Shown: in pieces, positions 39,858 to 50,431 of the stretch
Numbering within the stretch: the first letter of the stretch is position 1
Layout of the letters: each line of letters starts with the position of its first letter
NCBI GenBank assembly: GCA_022563595.1
Contig: JADFNB010000008.1
Span: 258-64,257, forward strand
Length of the DNA: 64,000 nucleotides
Direction of reading: 5' to 3'
From: Gemmatimonadota bacterium
Lineage (GTDB): Bacteria; Gemmatimonadota; Gemmatimonadetes; Gemmatimonadales; GWC2-71-9
The notes under the pieces: generated by a model
Told to the model about the DNA's origin: nothing
Databases searched by the model: none
The model's input: only the letters and a program-made list of their open reading frames with translations
Made by a program: the position numbers and the translations under genes

Positions 39858-40976
39858 CTAGTCGACCACCCCCATAGCCACGGGTGCCGTCGGCCGGCGC
39901 AGGATCTTCCAGATGCCGACGCTCAGTATGGGTACGACGAACACGGCCAAGAAGAGCCAGGTGAGCGTCCCGTATCCCTTGGCGATCAAGTCGATCAGCC
40001 CGAACCGCGAGAGCCCCGCCGCTACCAGCAGCAACGCCACACCCACCACCGGCCGCAGGAGCCGGGGCATGGCGTGGCCGCCCTCTTCGTAGACGCTCGC
40101 GATGCGTTCGTTCACCGCGTGAATCAACCCGGTCCCCGTTTCAATGAGCGTTCCAAGGAGCACGATCTGGAAAATCACGTGAAAGGCCCGTGAACCGAGC
40201 AGCTCGAGGAGCGTATTTGCCGGCACGGGGCGGTCGAGTATCGCCGGGTATTGCGCCACCATGATCAGATAGAACAGCAGGCCCGGGATGATGGCGATCG
40301 GGCCGGCGAGCAGACCGGCGGTAACGGCGTCGCGACGCGACCGGGCGTGGCGCACCGTGAACAGCACGGCGGGGATCACCGCCAGGTTGTAACCGGCATA
40401 ACGCACCCCGCCGAGAATCCAGTCGAGTCCCGGACGGTCGCCCGCGAGCGCCGTACCGATCTCACCGCCGAACCGCACGAAGGACCAGACGAAGAAGACG
40501 AGATACGTACCGTAGAGCACCACCGACCAGCCGGTCAACGCATTCTCGATTGTGCTGCTCCCCCGAAAGACGAGGAACCCCACCGCCGCGGTCACGCCTA
40601 TGACGCCCACCGCGTATGGAAGATCGAACGTCTCGCGCAACATCGTTCCGGCGGCGGCGGCGATGACGGCCAGGACGATCGCGAGGAACGCGATGTAGCA
40701 GATCTCGAAAAGCACCCATCCCGGCCCGAGGAGCGTCTTGAAGAACCGGCGGTAGTCGTAGCTAGAGAAGACGCGCGCGAACTCGAAGCTGGCCGCGTTG
40801 ACCACACTCCAGATCACCGTCGAGACGAGCAGCATCGCCAGCAGGCCGCCGAGCGGGCCGTGCGTGAGGAAGAATTCCGCGATCTCGCGGCCGGTCCCGT
40901 AGCCGCCAGCGATGACTACCGACTGGAACACCAGCCCGGGCAGGAGTATCCGCTTGAACCACTGCGCGTGCTTCAC
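39858..40976 (-). CDS. YkvI-like membrane protein (putative transporter)
   Basis: LLPG..FQSVVIAGGYGTGRE..EFF, YAGYN, GLIDLIAKGY; about 10 TM helices. Confidence 0.82.
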   Translation of the reverse strand: MKHAQWFKRILLPGLVFQSVVIAGGYGTGREIAEFFLTHGPLGGLLAMLLVSTVIWSVVNAASFEFARVFSSYDYRRFFKTLLGPGWVLFEICYIAFLAIVLAVIAAAAGTMLRETFDLPYAVGVIGVTAAVGFLVFRGSSTIENALTGWSVVLYGTYLVFFVWSFVRFGGEIGTALAGDRPGLDWILGGVRYAGYNLAVIPAVLFTVRHARSRRDAVTAGLLAGPIAIIPGLLFYLIMVAQYPAILDRPVPANTLLELLGSRAFHVIFQIVLLGTLIETGTGLIHAVNERIASVYEEGGHAMPRLLRPVVGVALLLVAAGLSRFGLIDLIAKGYGTLTWLFLAVFVVPILSVGIWKILRRPTAPVAMGVVD

Positions 40977-40995
40977 GCGCTAGGTGTCGGCCGGT

Positions 40996-42807
40996 TCAGG
41001 CACGCTTGCCGAGGGCGCGATCAAGGTCGAACGCGGAACTGATCAACGACAGGTGGGTGAAAGCCTGCGGGAAGTTGCCCAGCGCCTCGCCGCTCGGTCC
41101 GGTCTCTTCCGCGTAGAGCCGCAGGTGGTTGGCGTACCCCAGCATCTCCTCGAACATCAACCGGGCGTCGTCGAGCCGGCCGGCACGCGTGAGCGCCTGT
41201 ACCAGCCAGAAGGTGCACATGTTGAACGTGCCCTCGCTCCCATCGAGGCCGTCCGCCGTGTTGTAGCGATAGACGAGGCTGTTCGAGACCAGGCCGCCGG
41301 CCTTGGGTGGCTTGCAGGTCGCGTCGATCGTCGAGATGATCCGCGGATCGGTTGCGGCCAGATAGTCCACCAAAGGCATCATGAGGTTCGCGGCGTCGAG
41401 TGCGTCCGATCCGTAGTGCTGCACGAACGCCTGGCGCTTCTCATTCCATCCCTTGTTGATGATGTCCTCGAAGATCGTGTCGCGCACCTCGATCCATCGC
41501 GAGCGATCGGCTGGGAACGACCGGTCATCCGCCAGCCGCAGGCCCCGGTCGAGCGCCACCCAACACATCAGTTTCGAGTGGACGAAGTGCTTGCGTCCGC
41601 TCCGCATCTCCCAGATCCCCTCGTCCTCACGATGCCAGTTGTCGCACACCCAGTTCACCAGCTCCCGCAGCCTGGCCCAAAGATCGTACGAGATCGCATT
41701 GCCGTATTTATTGAAGTGAAAAACGGATTCCATCAGCTCGCCATAGATGTCGAGCTGAAGCTGGCCGTAGGCGGCGTTGCCTATGCGCACCGGACGCGAG
41801 CCGCGATATCCATCGAGATGATCCAGCGTCTCTTCCGGCAGCTCGTGCCGGCCGTCGATCCCGTAGACGAGCTGGATGAAGCGATCGGGATCGGGTTCCC
41901 GGCAGCGGTCTTCGAGAAAGTGCATGAACTGCACCGCTTCCTCCGTAAACCCGATTCGGAGCAGGCCGTAGAGCGTGAGCGCCGCGTCGCGGATCCAGGT
42001 GTAGCGGTAGTCCCAGTTCCGTCCGCCGCCGACGTGTTCGGGCAGACTCGCCGTCGGCGCCGCGATGATAGCGCCCGAAGGCTCGTAGGTGAGCAGCTTG
42101 AGGACCAGCGCCGAACGGTGCACCGCCTCCCGCCAACGTCCCTGATAGGTGCACCGCGACAGCCAGTGACGCCAAAACTCGACTGTGCGCCAGAACAAGG
42201 CAAAGACGTCCTCGTCGCTCGGGCACACGCCCCAAGAGCCGTCAGGCAGCAGCTCGCGCAGGATGAACGTCGCCGTCTGGTTCTCTTCCAGCACAAACTG
42301 CGCGCGCACCCCCGTTCCCTCGCGCCGGAGCGGGACCTTGGAGAGCAGTCCGAGTCCAAGGTGCTGCGAGCGAAAACACGCGCCATCACCATTGAGCGTC
42401 ACATCATGCGCCGCTCGCGCGTAGTCGAATGCGGGGCAGCACTCCATCTCGAACGCCATGGTGCCCCGGACCACCTCGACCTGCCGAATGAGCCAATGAT
42501 GTCCCGGCTCGCCACGCCGCACACCCACCGGCATGTAGTCCATGACCTGGCCCACCCCGTCCGGCGTGAGGAAACGCGTCGTCAGAACGTTGGAATCCGG
42601 CCAGTAGAATTGCCTGGTTGTGACGTTCCCGACGGCTGGGCAGATCGCGAAGCGGCCACCCTTCTTATCGTCCAGGATCGCCGCAAACACGCTCGGTGAA
42701 TCGAAACGCGGGTAACAGAGCCAGTCGATCGTACCGTCCAGCCCGACCAACGCGGCCGTATGCATGTTGCCCACAATGCCGTGGTCCTGGATGGGGAGAT
42801 ACGCCAT
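40996..42807 (-). CDS. Glycoside hydrolase family 15 (trehalase/glucoamylase-like)
   Basis: [43 protein letters not shown]. Confidence 0.93.
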   Translation of the reverse strand: MAYLPIQDHGIVGNMHTAALVGLDGTIDWLCYPRFDSPSVFAAILDDKKGGRFAICPAVGNVTTRQFYWPDSNVLTTRFLTPDGVGQVMDYMPVGVRRGEPGHHWLIRQVEVVRGTMAFEMECCPAFDYARAAHDVTLNGDGACFRSQHLGLGLLSKVPLRREGTGVRAQFVLEENQTATFILRELLPDGSWGVCPSDEDVFALFWRTVEFWRHWLSRCTYQGRWREAVHRSALVLKLLTYEPSGAIIAAPTASLPEHVGGGRNWDYRYTWIRDAALTLYGLLRIGFTEEAVQFMHFLEDRCREPDPDRFIQLVYGIDGRHELPEETLDHLDGYRGSRPVRIGNAAYGQLQLDIYGELMESVFHFNKYGNAISYDLWARLRELVNWVCDNWHREDEGIWEMRSGRKHFVHSKLMCWVALDRGLRLADDRSFPADRSRWIEVRDTIFEDIINKGWNEKRQAFVQHYGSDALDAANLMMPLVDYLAATDPRIISTIDATCKPPKAGGLVSNSLVYRYNTADGLDGSEGTFNMCTFWLVQALTRAGRLDDARLMFEEMLGYANHLRLYAEETGPSGEALGNFPQAFTHLSLISSAFDLDRALGKRA

Positions 42808-42815
42808 CTGCGTCG

Positions 42816-43124
42816 CTAGAGCCTGGCGAGTTCGTCTTGGACCCGTTGCCGTGACTCGAGGCCCATCTCAGCAGGCCGGGCCACGCCCGTGCCGGCGGCA
42901 GTCCGCATCCTACCCAACCGACGCCGTATCTCATCCTTCAGCTCGGCGGCCTGGGACGAGGGACAGGTGGTCAGCGTCCGCCCCGGGCAAAACGGACTCA
43001 TGGTCGTGTGGAAGATCTTGGACGCGGCCGTCTCGACCTCCGCCGAATACTGGCCGGCGAGCGCGGCCGGTACCGCGAGTGCCAAGACGACGGTAACGAA
43101 TAGCGAGCGCATCGTAAAACTCAT
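42816..43124 (-). pseudogene. CcmH-like cytochrome c maturation protein, apparently internally deleted
   Basis: Signal peptide and MSPFCPGRTLTTCPSSQA.ELK.EIR, then jumps to a short tail; the usual YG..P..W.P TM segment is missing. Confidence 0.55.
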
Positions 43125-43201
43125 GATGGGACCGTTTCCGAAAGCGATCGGGTATCTTACACCCCAAATCAACACAGCTATCCGGTAATGCGTAAGAGAG
43201 C

Positions 43202-45922
43202 ATGATGCGCCGCTGTTTGTTTCTTCTTCTCGTTCTCGCGGTCGGTCCGTCCGCCGCCGCCGCCCAGACGACCGTGCCCAACCCGGAGCCTGCGGCCGCG
43301 GCCGCACGGCGCGACGGTGACATCCGGCTCGATGGTCGTGTGGACGAGCCGGCGTGGCGCCACGCTACCCCTATCACGCGATTCGTCCAGGGCGAACCTG
43401 TGGAGGGTGCCGCCGCAGAACAACGCACGGAGGTCCGGGTGCTCTACGACGCCGACGCCCTCTACGTCGGCGTGATCATGTATGACACCGAGCCGGAGCG
43501 GATTGCCAGCCAGCTCGTGCGCCGGGACTCGCGCGGCCAGTACGACTGGTTCGAGCTGTCTCTCGACCCCAACAACGACCGCCGGACCGGCTACCGGTTC
43601 CGGGTCGGGGCGTCCGGTGTGCGCCGGGATGTCTATCTCTACGATGACAACCGCGAGGACGACGCATGGGACGCAGTCTGGGCGTCGGCGGTTCATCGCG
43701 GTGACTTCGGCTGGAGCATCGAGATGCGGATTCCGCTCTCTCAGCTCCGCTACGAGACGTCCGACGCCGCGCAGACCTGGGGTGTCAACTTCTCGCGACG
43801 CCGCATCGCGACCAACGAGCTGACCTATTTCGCCCTCGAGTCGAAGCTGCGGCACGGCAAGGTGAGTCTGTTCGGCCAGCTGGCGGGCCTGGTGCTGCCG
43901 CGGCGCGCGCGCCGAATCGAGCTACGCCCGTACGCGCTGGCCACCGCCCGCGCCGCGCCAAGCGAGGCGGCCGATCCGTTCTTCGACGGGTCGGAGATGG
44001 GGAGCAGCGTAGGCCTCGACCTCCGCTACGGCCTCGGCGCGTCTTACACGCTCGACGTCACCGTGAATCCCGATTTCGGCCAGGTCGAGGTCGATCCTGC
44101 CGTCATCAACCTCACCGCCTTCGAAACCTTTTTCCCCGAGAAGCGCCCCTTCTTCGTCGAGGACGCGCAGATCTTCGATTTTTCGCTCTCGGGACGCCGC
44201 AACCAGCTATTCTACTCGCGCAGGATCGGCCGGGAGCCTCGGGGCGACGCCCCCGACGGCTCCGATTTCATCGATATACCGACCCAGACAACCATACTCG
44301 GAGCCGCCAAGCTCACGGGCAGGAGCGCAGGCGGCCTCTCGCTCGGCGTCTTGACGGCCGTGACGGCCCGCGAATCCGGTCGCGCGTTCCTGGCGGCAGA
44401 CGGCCGGACGGTCGCGTTCGAGGCCGAGCCGCGAACCGAGTACGGTGTCATACGCGTCCTGCAAGATTTTCGGGACGGCGCCTCACAGCTAGGCGTCATC
44501 GCCACGGCGATGCGGCGCGAACTCCCGAACGACGGCGGATTCGATTTCCTGCCGTCGAACGCCTACGCGATCGGGATCGACTTCGAGCACAACTGGGGTG
44601 GTCCGCGCTCGCGTGACTGGGCGTTCCACGGGTTCGCGGCGGGAACCCTGGTGCGGGGAGTTCCTGAAGCATTGATCGGGATCCAGCAAGCCTCGAATCA
44701 CTACTTCCAGCGGCCCGACGCGACCCGGTTCTCGGTCGACACGACGGCCAACTCACTGAGCGGGATCAACTGGAGGGTCCAGTTCGAGCGACGCAGCGCG
44801 CAACACTGGACCGGTGCCGTCTGGCTGGCCGAAGTAACCCCAGGATTCGAGGTGAACGACGTCGGGTTCTCGACATCGGGGGAACGCCTGGACGGTGGAG
44901 CCCGGATCTCGTACCAGGAGATCACGCCGGGACGGCTGCTCCGCAGCTACCGGATCTCGGCATTCACGTTCCACAACTTCCGGCACGAGGCATTGGACGA
45001 TGTCTTCTCCTGGTCCTCCTGGCGCCGGGCGCACAAGCGCGGCGGGCTCTTTCTCAGCGCGGACCTACAGCTGCTGAACTACTGGCAAGTCGAGTTGAAT
45101 GCGCGCCTCGTTCCGAGCCTCATGAGCGACGTCGCCACACGTGGCGGGCCGCTCATGGTCGAGCCGGCCAGTATCCAGTTCAGATTCGAGGTCAACAGCG
45201 ACCGCAGGCGATCGGTCCGCGTCGATCTACGCTCCGAGTATGTCGACCGCGGGAGGGGCGGATGGCGCTGGCACAACGAGCTGGAGATGGGTGTGCGGCC
45301 CATTCCCAGCGTCGAACTCCAGGTCAAGCCCCAGTTCACCCGTGAGACCAACGCCGCGCAGTACGTTACCACAACCGGCGACATGGGGTTCACTCCGACC
45401 TTCGGCCGGCGCTATCTGTTTGCCGACCTCGAGCGCCGGTCCGCCTCTCTGGAAACACGCATCGGAGTCGCCCTCTCGCCCGACCTCACGTTCCAGCTGT
45501 ACGCGCAGCCGCTGCTCTCTTCCGGAGCGTACCCGGCGTACAAACAGCTCGCCCGCTCCGAGAGTTTCGACTTCGACATCTTCGATCGCGGACAGGCGGT
45601 GGCGGCGCCAAACGGCGACGTATCATGCGTTGGCGGCCGCATCTGCCGCCGGGACGAGACCGAGTTCGTAGACCTCGACGGCGACGGAACCGTCGACTTC
45701 TCGTTCTCGGATCAACGGTTCAACATCCGGTCCCTGCGTCTGAGCGCCGTGCTCCGCTGGGAGTATCGGCCGGGCTCGCAGCTCTTTCTGGTCTGGCAAC
45801 AGAGCCGCCGTGACCGCGCCACGATCGGATCTTTCGACCTCGCGCGGGACTTCGACGCGCTGTTCGACGCGCCGTCGGAGAACGTGTTCACGGTGAAGCT
45901 CAGCTACTGGTTCGGTCTGTAG
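43202..45922 (+). CDS. CBM9-like + DUF5916 outer-membrane protein
   Basis: LDG.VDE..W, EMRIP.SQLRY, NPDFGQVEVD, EKRPFF.E, FYSRRIG, RWEYRPGS; ends YWFGL. Confidence 0.9.
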   Translation: MMRRCLFLLLVLAVGPSAAAAQTTVPNPEPAAAAARRDGDIRLDGRVDEPAWRHATPITRFVQGEPVEGAAAEQRTEVRVLYDADALYVGVIMYDTEPERIASQLVRRDSRGQYDWFELSLDPNNDRRTGYRFRVGASGVRRDVYLYDDNREDDAWDAVWASAVHRGDFGWSIEMRIPLSQLRYETSDAAQTWGVNFSRRRIATNELTYFALESKLRHGKVSLFGQLAGLVLPRRARRIELRPYALATARAAPSEAADPFFDGSEMGSSVGLDLRYGLGASYTLDVTVNPDFGQVEVDPAVINLTAFETFFPEKRPFFVEDAQIFDFSLSGRRNQLFYSRRIGREPRGDAPDGSDFIDIPTQTTILGAAKLTGRSAGGLSLGVLTAVTARESGRAFLAADGRTVAFEAEPRTEYGVIRVLQDFRDGASQLGVIATAMRRELPNDGGFDFLPSNAYAIGIDFEHNWGGPRSRDWAFHGFAAGTLVRGVPEALIGIQQASNHYFQRPDATRFSVDTTANSLSGINWRVQFERRSAQHWTGAVWLAEVTPGFEVNDVGFSTSGERLDGGARISYQEITPGRLLRSYRISAFTFHNFRHEALDDVFSWSSWRRAHKRGGLFLSADLQLLNYWQVELNARLVPSLMSDVATRGGPLMVEPASIQFRFEVNSDRRRSVRVDLRSEYVDRGRGGWRWHNELEMGVRPIPSVELQVKPQFTRETNAAQYVTTTGDMGFTPTFGRRYLFADLERRSASLETRIGVALSPDLTFQLYAQPLLSSGAYPAYKQLARSESFDFDIFDRGQAVAAPNGDVSCVGGRICRRDETEFVDLDGDGTVDFSFSDQRFNIRSLRLSAVLRWEYRPGSQLFLVWQQSRRDRATIGSFDLARDFDALFDAPSENVFTVKLSYWFGL

Positions 45923-45930
45923 CCCACCCG

Positions 45931-48327
45931 TTATCGGGCCGCGTCCCCGAGTTGGTCGAACGGGAGATTCAGGACCGGGTAGCGCCGCCAGTCGCGGTAG
46001 TCGAAGTGCCACCACTCGAACCGGTACACCGCAAACCCTTCCGCCTCCATCGCCGACCGCAGCAGCTCCCTGTGCCAGCGCTGAAGCGAGGTACCACCCG
46101 CATACGCGGCAAACGAGCGGTCGGAGAACTCGTCATAGCCGCCGACCATCTCGACCGGACGCCCGTCACGCACGCGGTACAGGGTCAGATCGACCGCGGC
46201 ACCACGATTGTGCCGCGAGCCGACGGTCGGGTCGGCCACGAAGATCCTCTGGTCGGCGGGCGTCGCATCCCAGAACATCTTGGTGACGTACCAGGGACGA
46301 TACGCATCGTGGATCAGCAGACCGTAACCCCGGCGGCGCACGCGACGGTGCACGCGAACCAGCGCCTCCGCGGCCGGCCGCTGGAGCAACGCGCGCGGCT
46401 CATCATAGAAAACCGCACCCATGAAGTTGTTTGTGGTCGCATATCGGATGTCGTAGCGGATCGTCGCGTCGAGTGACCTCAGCTCGACCAGATCCGCATC
46501 CCGCAATCCGGAGTCGGGCCGCGGTGGCGACGCCGCGAGCGCCGCCTCGCGCAACTCAACCACGGGCCGAACGGGCACGATGCGGAACGTCTCGCCCGCA
46601 TCGGTTCCCACGTCGCGTCGCACGAAGCGCACACCGGCGGCCTCTACAGCACGCGCCCGCCCGGATGGATCCCTATCGAACACCAAGCGCTCACCGTGGT
46701 AGAGTCCCCAGTCGGGAAACGCGAACGCCTCGCGGGAGATCTCGCGCAGCGGATAGAGAAAGAACCACTCGATCAGCGCGTGAAGCTGTCCGTCCCGCTC
46801 CAGGACGTACAACGTGTTGTGGTCCCACCCGTACTCCCCGATGAGACCACGCCAGCGGGCGGGTGCAGGACCCGGCCGGCGGCGCGGCAGGCGACGCAAC
46901 GTGTCCGCGTCCACCACGATCGCCCCTGCAATCGGCACGATGCGCCCGCCGTACCACAGGCGGTCGTCGACGACGAGCGTGTCGCCGCGGCTGCGGAGGC
47001 GCACCCGCAGGCCCGGCCGCCGGAACCATGCGTGAAGCTCGGCGTCGCGGCGCACGATGTCGATTGCCTGGCCGGCGCCGGCGTAACGACCGGCTAGCGC
47101 CCGCATTACGGAATCGGGAACGGGACCGGTGATCTCCGCGTGCGGGAGCGCGCGCCCGGCGCGCAAGGCCAGCATCAGCCGTAACGCGTAGTCGGCGATC
47201 CTCCCGACCACCGCGTTGGATACGTCCATGGACGCGGCGACGACCGCGCCGAGCTTCTCATCGGGCAGCGCCGTGAGTTGGGTGGCAAACCCGTAGACGG
47301 CTCCGCCGTGTCCCACCGCCCGACGGCCGTCCAGCTCACTTACCGCGAACCCGATCCCGAATCCGGTGCGCGCACCTTCGGGTTCGAACTGGGGCGTGAA
47401 CATCAGCTCGAGCGTGCTGTCGGCCAGGATCCGGCCCCGCTCGCCGACCCCTCCGGCAAACAGCGCCGCCAGGAACCACGCGAGGTCGGTCACCGGGGCG
47501 TACATGCTTCCCGCCGGCGCCATCCCCAGCTCGAAGGTGGACCCTTCCTCCGGTTCGCCGTGGTAGGACCACATGAAGCCCGTCGCCAGGTCACGCAGCA
47601 TCTGGCGGGTCGGGGTGAACGAGCTGTGATCCATGCGGAGCGGCTCCAGGACAGCCCGCTGGAGGTAGCTTGCGAACGGCTCGGCTTGGGTCCGTTCGAG
47701 AACGTATCCGACGGTGGCGATCGCGGCGTTCGAGTACTTGATGCGCGATTGGGGCGCGTACACGAGGGCCGTTGCATCCAGGCTGGCTACGGTGGCGGCG
47801 AGACTCGGGCTCGTGTCATCGAAGTAGTGTCCGACCGGGGGCTCCCGGACGAGCCCCGACCGATGCGACATCAGCTCCCGTAGCGTGATCGGATCGTCGT
47901 AGGGGTTCTCGGGAGAGAATTCGGGCAGATAGACCTGGACAGCCGTATCGAGCACGATCTCCCCGCGCTCGACGAGCTGCATGACGGCGATATCGGTGAA
48001 GAGCTTCGATACCGACCCTACGCGGTATACGGTCCGGGCCGTCGCGGGCGTGCCCGCCACCGGGTCGGCATATCCGAACCCCTGAGCCCAGACGATCTCC
48101 TGGTCGTCCACCAGCGCGATCGAGAGCGCGGGTAGCCCCTTGTCCTCGATCTCGTGCTCGATGAACCCGGTGAGTAGTTCGACCACCATGCGGTAGTCGT
48201 CGCGGGGCGCGCGATTCCCGCCACCGGCCACGCAACCGCACAGCGCCGCGACGGCGAGTGCCGCCGCCGGGGCGTTCCAAGGCCTGCCGCGTCCCAGCCA
48301 CATCCGTCCGAGGCTCATCGGCTTCAC
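45931..48327 (-). CDS. Serine hydrolase (beta-lactamase family) fused to D-Ala-D-Ala dipeptidase (M15D, VanX/DdpX-like)
   Basis: GSVSK, YSN, HGG; C-terminal RYAT.NNF, DAYRPW, S.HNRG.AVD, EWWHF. Start uncertain. Confidence 0.9.
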   Translation of the reverse strand: MKPMSLGRMWLGRGRPWNAPAAALAVAALCGCVAGGGNRAPRDDYRMVVELLTGFIEHEIEDKGLPALSIALVDDQEIVWAQGFGYADPVAGTPATARTVYRVGSVSKLFTDIAVMQLVERGEIVLDTAVQVYLPEFSPENPYDDPITLRELMSHRSGLVREPPVGHYFDDTSPSLAATVASLDATALVYAPQSRIKYSNAAIATVGYVLERTQAEPFASYLQRAVLEPLRMDHSSFTPTRQMLRDLATGFMWSYHGEPEEGSTFELGMAPAGSMYAPVTDLAWFLAALFAGGVGERGRILADSTLELMFTPQFEPEGARTGFGIGFAVSELDGRRAVGHGGAVYGFATQLTALPDEKLGAVVAASMDVSNAVVGRIADYALRLMLALRAGRALPHAEITGPVPDSVMRALAGRYAGAGQAIDIVRRDAELHAWFRRPGLRVRLRSRGDTLVVDDRLWYGGRIVPIAGAIVVDADTLRRLPRRRPGPAPARWRGLIGEYGWDHNTLYVLERDGQLHALIEWFFLYPLREISREAFAFPDWGLYHGERLVFDRDPSGRARAVEAAGVRFVRRDVGTDAGETFRIVPVRPVVELREAALAASPPRPDSGLRDADLVELRSLDATIRYDIRYATTNNFMGAVFYDEPRALLQRPAAEALVRVHRRVRRRGYGLLIHDAYRPWYVTKMFWDATPADQRIFVADPTVGSRHNRGAAVDLTLYRVRDGRPVEMVGGYDEFSDRSFAAYAGGTSLQRWHRELLRSAMEAEGFAVYRFEWWHFDYRDWRRYPVLNLPFDQLGDAAR

Positions 48328-48381
48328 TCGGCGGCTCGCCCGGTCAGACTCGCTTACTAACGCGAACTCAGCTACGCTCCA

Positions 48382-48918
48382 CTAGTTGATGTCGGCCGTC
48401 ATGATAAAGTCGTTGTCGCGCCGCGCCCCGTGACAGTTCTCACATCCCGCGCCTCGACCGCCGACCTGGACGGTGCCATCGGTGAGCCGTTTGATGAAGA
48501 ACCAGTTGTTGTTGTCCGGATTGAAGCTCTCGGTCTTGTACATGACCGTCACCGCTGCGAGCGTGCTGTCCGGCATGTAGTTCTCTTTCACGATGATCGC
48601 GCCCGCCGGGAACACGGTTGCGTCCCCATTCAGGGCTTCGAGCGCGGCATCGTTGAGGTAGGTGGTCAGCAACATCCCGTGTGGCTCGCCACCAGCGTAA
48701 AGACGGCCTTTTTCCGGCCAGAGCGCCCACGTCTCGTAGTTCGCCTGCTCGAGGTGTGCCCACACCGCTTCGGCCGTCGTGTCGGGCATGGCGGCAACCT
48801 GCTCCACGACCGGGGCCTCCTCGCCTTCCGCGGCCTCCTCGCCTTCTTCACCGGCACAACCGACGGCGACGATGACCGCCGCGGCGATGCCGAACCGGCC
48901 CATCGAATGCAACCGCAT
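48382..48918 (-). CDS. Cytochrome P460-family lipoprotein
   Basis: AGGAGG RBS; lipobox AVGC; Y..W, G.IIVKENY, VMYK, W.F and C-terminal CENCH. Confidence 0.82.
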   Translation of the reverse strand: MRLHSMGRFGIAAAVIVAVGCAGEEGEEAAEGEEAPVVEQVAAMPDTTAEAVWAHLEQANYETWALWPEKGRLYAGGEPHGMLLTTYLNDAALEALNGDATVFPAGAIIVKENYMPDSTLAAVTVMYKTESFNPDNNNWFFIKRLTDGTVQVGGRGAGCENCHGARRDNDFIMTADIN

Positions 48919-49009
48919 CAGTGCCTCCTGAGCTGTGAGTGCCTGTGCCTGAGCAGGGTAGCTTGCAGCATTCCCACCCACAACGCAAGAGCGTTCGGGG
49001 CGGTTCCCC

Positions 49010-49921
49010 TCACGGCTGGGCGTTGGAGTCGTAGCCCAGCATGAAGGCCAGGAACCGCGAGATCTCGATGATGTCGGCGCCCACATAGCGGATGCTGTGG
49101 GCATCGGTCCGCTCCACGATCGGCAGGTACGCCAGCACCTGTGACGGCCGGTAGCTCTTGAACCGAACGTCGAGGGTGATCGGCGCGTCGAGCCGAAACG
49201 GCTCGAATTCGTCCAGGCGTTCCAGGGCCTCCCGCGCGCGCCGTTCGATCAGGGCGTACGCGGCTTCGGGAACGAGCGTTCTGGCGGCATGGAAGCTCAC
49301 GTTCCACTTCACGACCGCCCCCTCGATGTCTCCAATCACCTCCTGAACCTCCCGGACCGCCGCGTCGTCACCGGTCACGAGCACGACCGGGACGCCGAAG
49401 TGGCCGGCGATGGCAGCGTTGATCCCACCTTCCGGCATCGAGCGGCCGTTCAGCCGCACGTCCGCCAGCCGGGCGCTGGACATAGTGTGCGCTCGCACCC
49501 CGTCCGGGTTGGTCGTACCGGCGTGGTAGCCCACGAAAATCACCGCATCGAAGCTCGAGTCGATTCCCTCCATCATGGCCAGCGGGCGGGGCCAGGAGCG
49601 CACCACGGTGACGTCGGCGGGCAGCCGATCGATCAGGAGGTTCTGCCCGTTCCCGTGGGAATCGCTGATGAGGATCTCGGTAACGCCGGCCGCGCGCGCG
49701 CCCCGAATGGCGGCCAGCACCTCGTTGGTCATGAACTCCCGGAACCGCTCATACTCGAAGCCACCGGGGCCGAGTTGTTCCCCGGTGACCGCCCCGACGA
49801 CGCCTTCCATGTCGGCGGAGATGTAGAGCTTGAGGCCGTCGTCGCGGTGCTGAGCCGCAGCGCCGACCCACGGGATCGAGATGAGCAGCGCAATCGCGGC
49901 GGCCGTGGTCGAAGCGCGCAT
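49010..49921 (-). CDS. M55 family D-aminopeptidase (DppA-like), secreted
   Basis: YISADMEG, DSHG, GYHA, HT, EGGINA, GDD motifs. Confidence 0.92.
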   Translation of the reverse strand: MRASTTAAAIALLISIPWVGAAAQHRDDGLKLYISADMEGVVGAVTGEQLGPGGFEYERFREFMTNEVLAAIRGARAAGVTEILISDSHGNGQNLLIDRLPADVTVVRSWPRPLAMMEGIDSSFDAVIFVGYHAGTTNPDGVRAHTMSSARLADVRLNGRSMPEGGINAAIAGHFGVPVVLVTGDDAAVREVQEVIGDIEGAVVKWNVSFHAARTLVPEAAYALIERRAREALERLDEFEPFRLDAPITLDVRFKSYRPSQVLAYLPIVERTDAHSIRYVGADIIEISRFLAFMLGYDSNAQP

Positions 49922-49936
49922 GGGGCTCCTCCGGAT

Positions 49937-49976
49937 AGAGAGACTGATGGAAAGATGGAAAGGGAGAAAGATAGGG
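49937..49976. repeat. Degenerate octamer repeat
   Basis: TGATGGAA AGATGGAA AGGGAGAA AGATAGG. Confidence 0.6.
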
Positions 49977-50091
49977 TCGGCGAGGCCGGCGGCCAGGCCG
50001 CCGTTGACTGTTGACGCGGCTAGGCGTATTCCAATGGTGCCCATTGGGATACGGCCAACCCGACCGAAAGGATCCGTAATGCGCCGCGACC

Positions 50092-50431
50092 GGCGTGGAG
50101 CGTGCCGCGGGGATCGTCGTGGCCATGCGTAACGACAAGGACATCGTGCTCGCCGTCCTCACGGCCCGCCGGCTCGCGCCACGCGCCCGGTCATCGCCTC
50201 CACCGAACAACCCGAGAGCGAGCCCAAACTCAAGACCGCCGGCGCCGGCCGTACCACCGGCTGGCTTAACGTCGACGAGGTCGCCGGGGCGGTGCTCCTC
50301 GCCGTCCGCCGGCCCGGTGGCGCGTTCCAGTTCAAGCCGGGTGCGGACACCGCACTCGAGCCCGGGCTGACACTGATCGTCATGGCCGACGCGGAGGGGC
50401 GCTCGCGCCTCGAACAACGACTGGAAGGACG
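50092..50431 (+). pseudogene. TrkA/RCK (K+ channel regulatory domain) remnant
   Basis: GVERAAGIVVAMRNDKD..LAVLTARRLAP (frameshift) VIAS..KLKTAGA joined to RCK-C VLLAVRRPGG.FQFKP..DT.LEPG.TLIVM. Confidence 0.72.

Noticed and set aside
45931-48327. Vancomycin or beta-lactam resistance locus
   Set aside because: No vanH/vanA/vanRS; the domains belong to broad housekeeping peptidase families.
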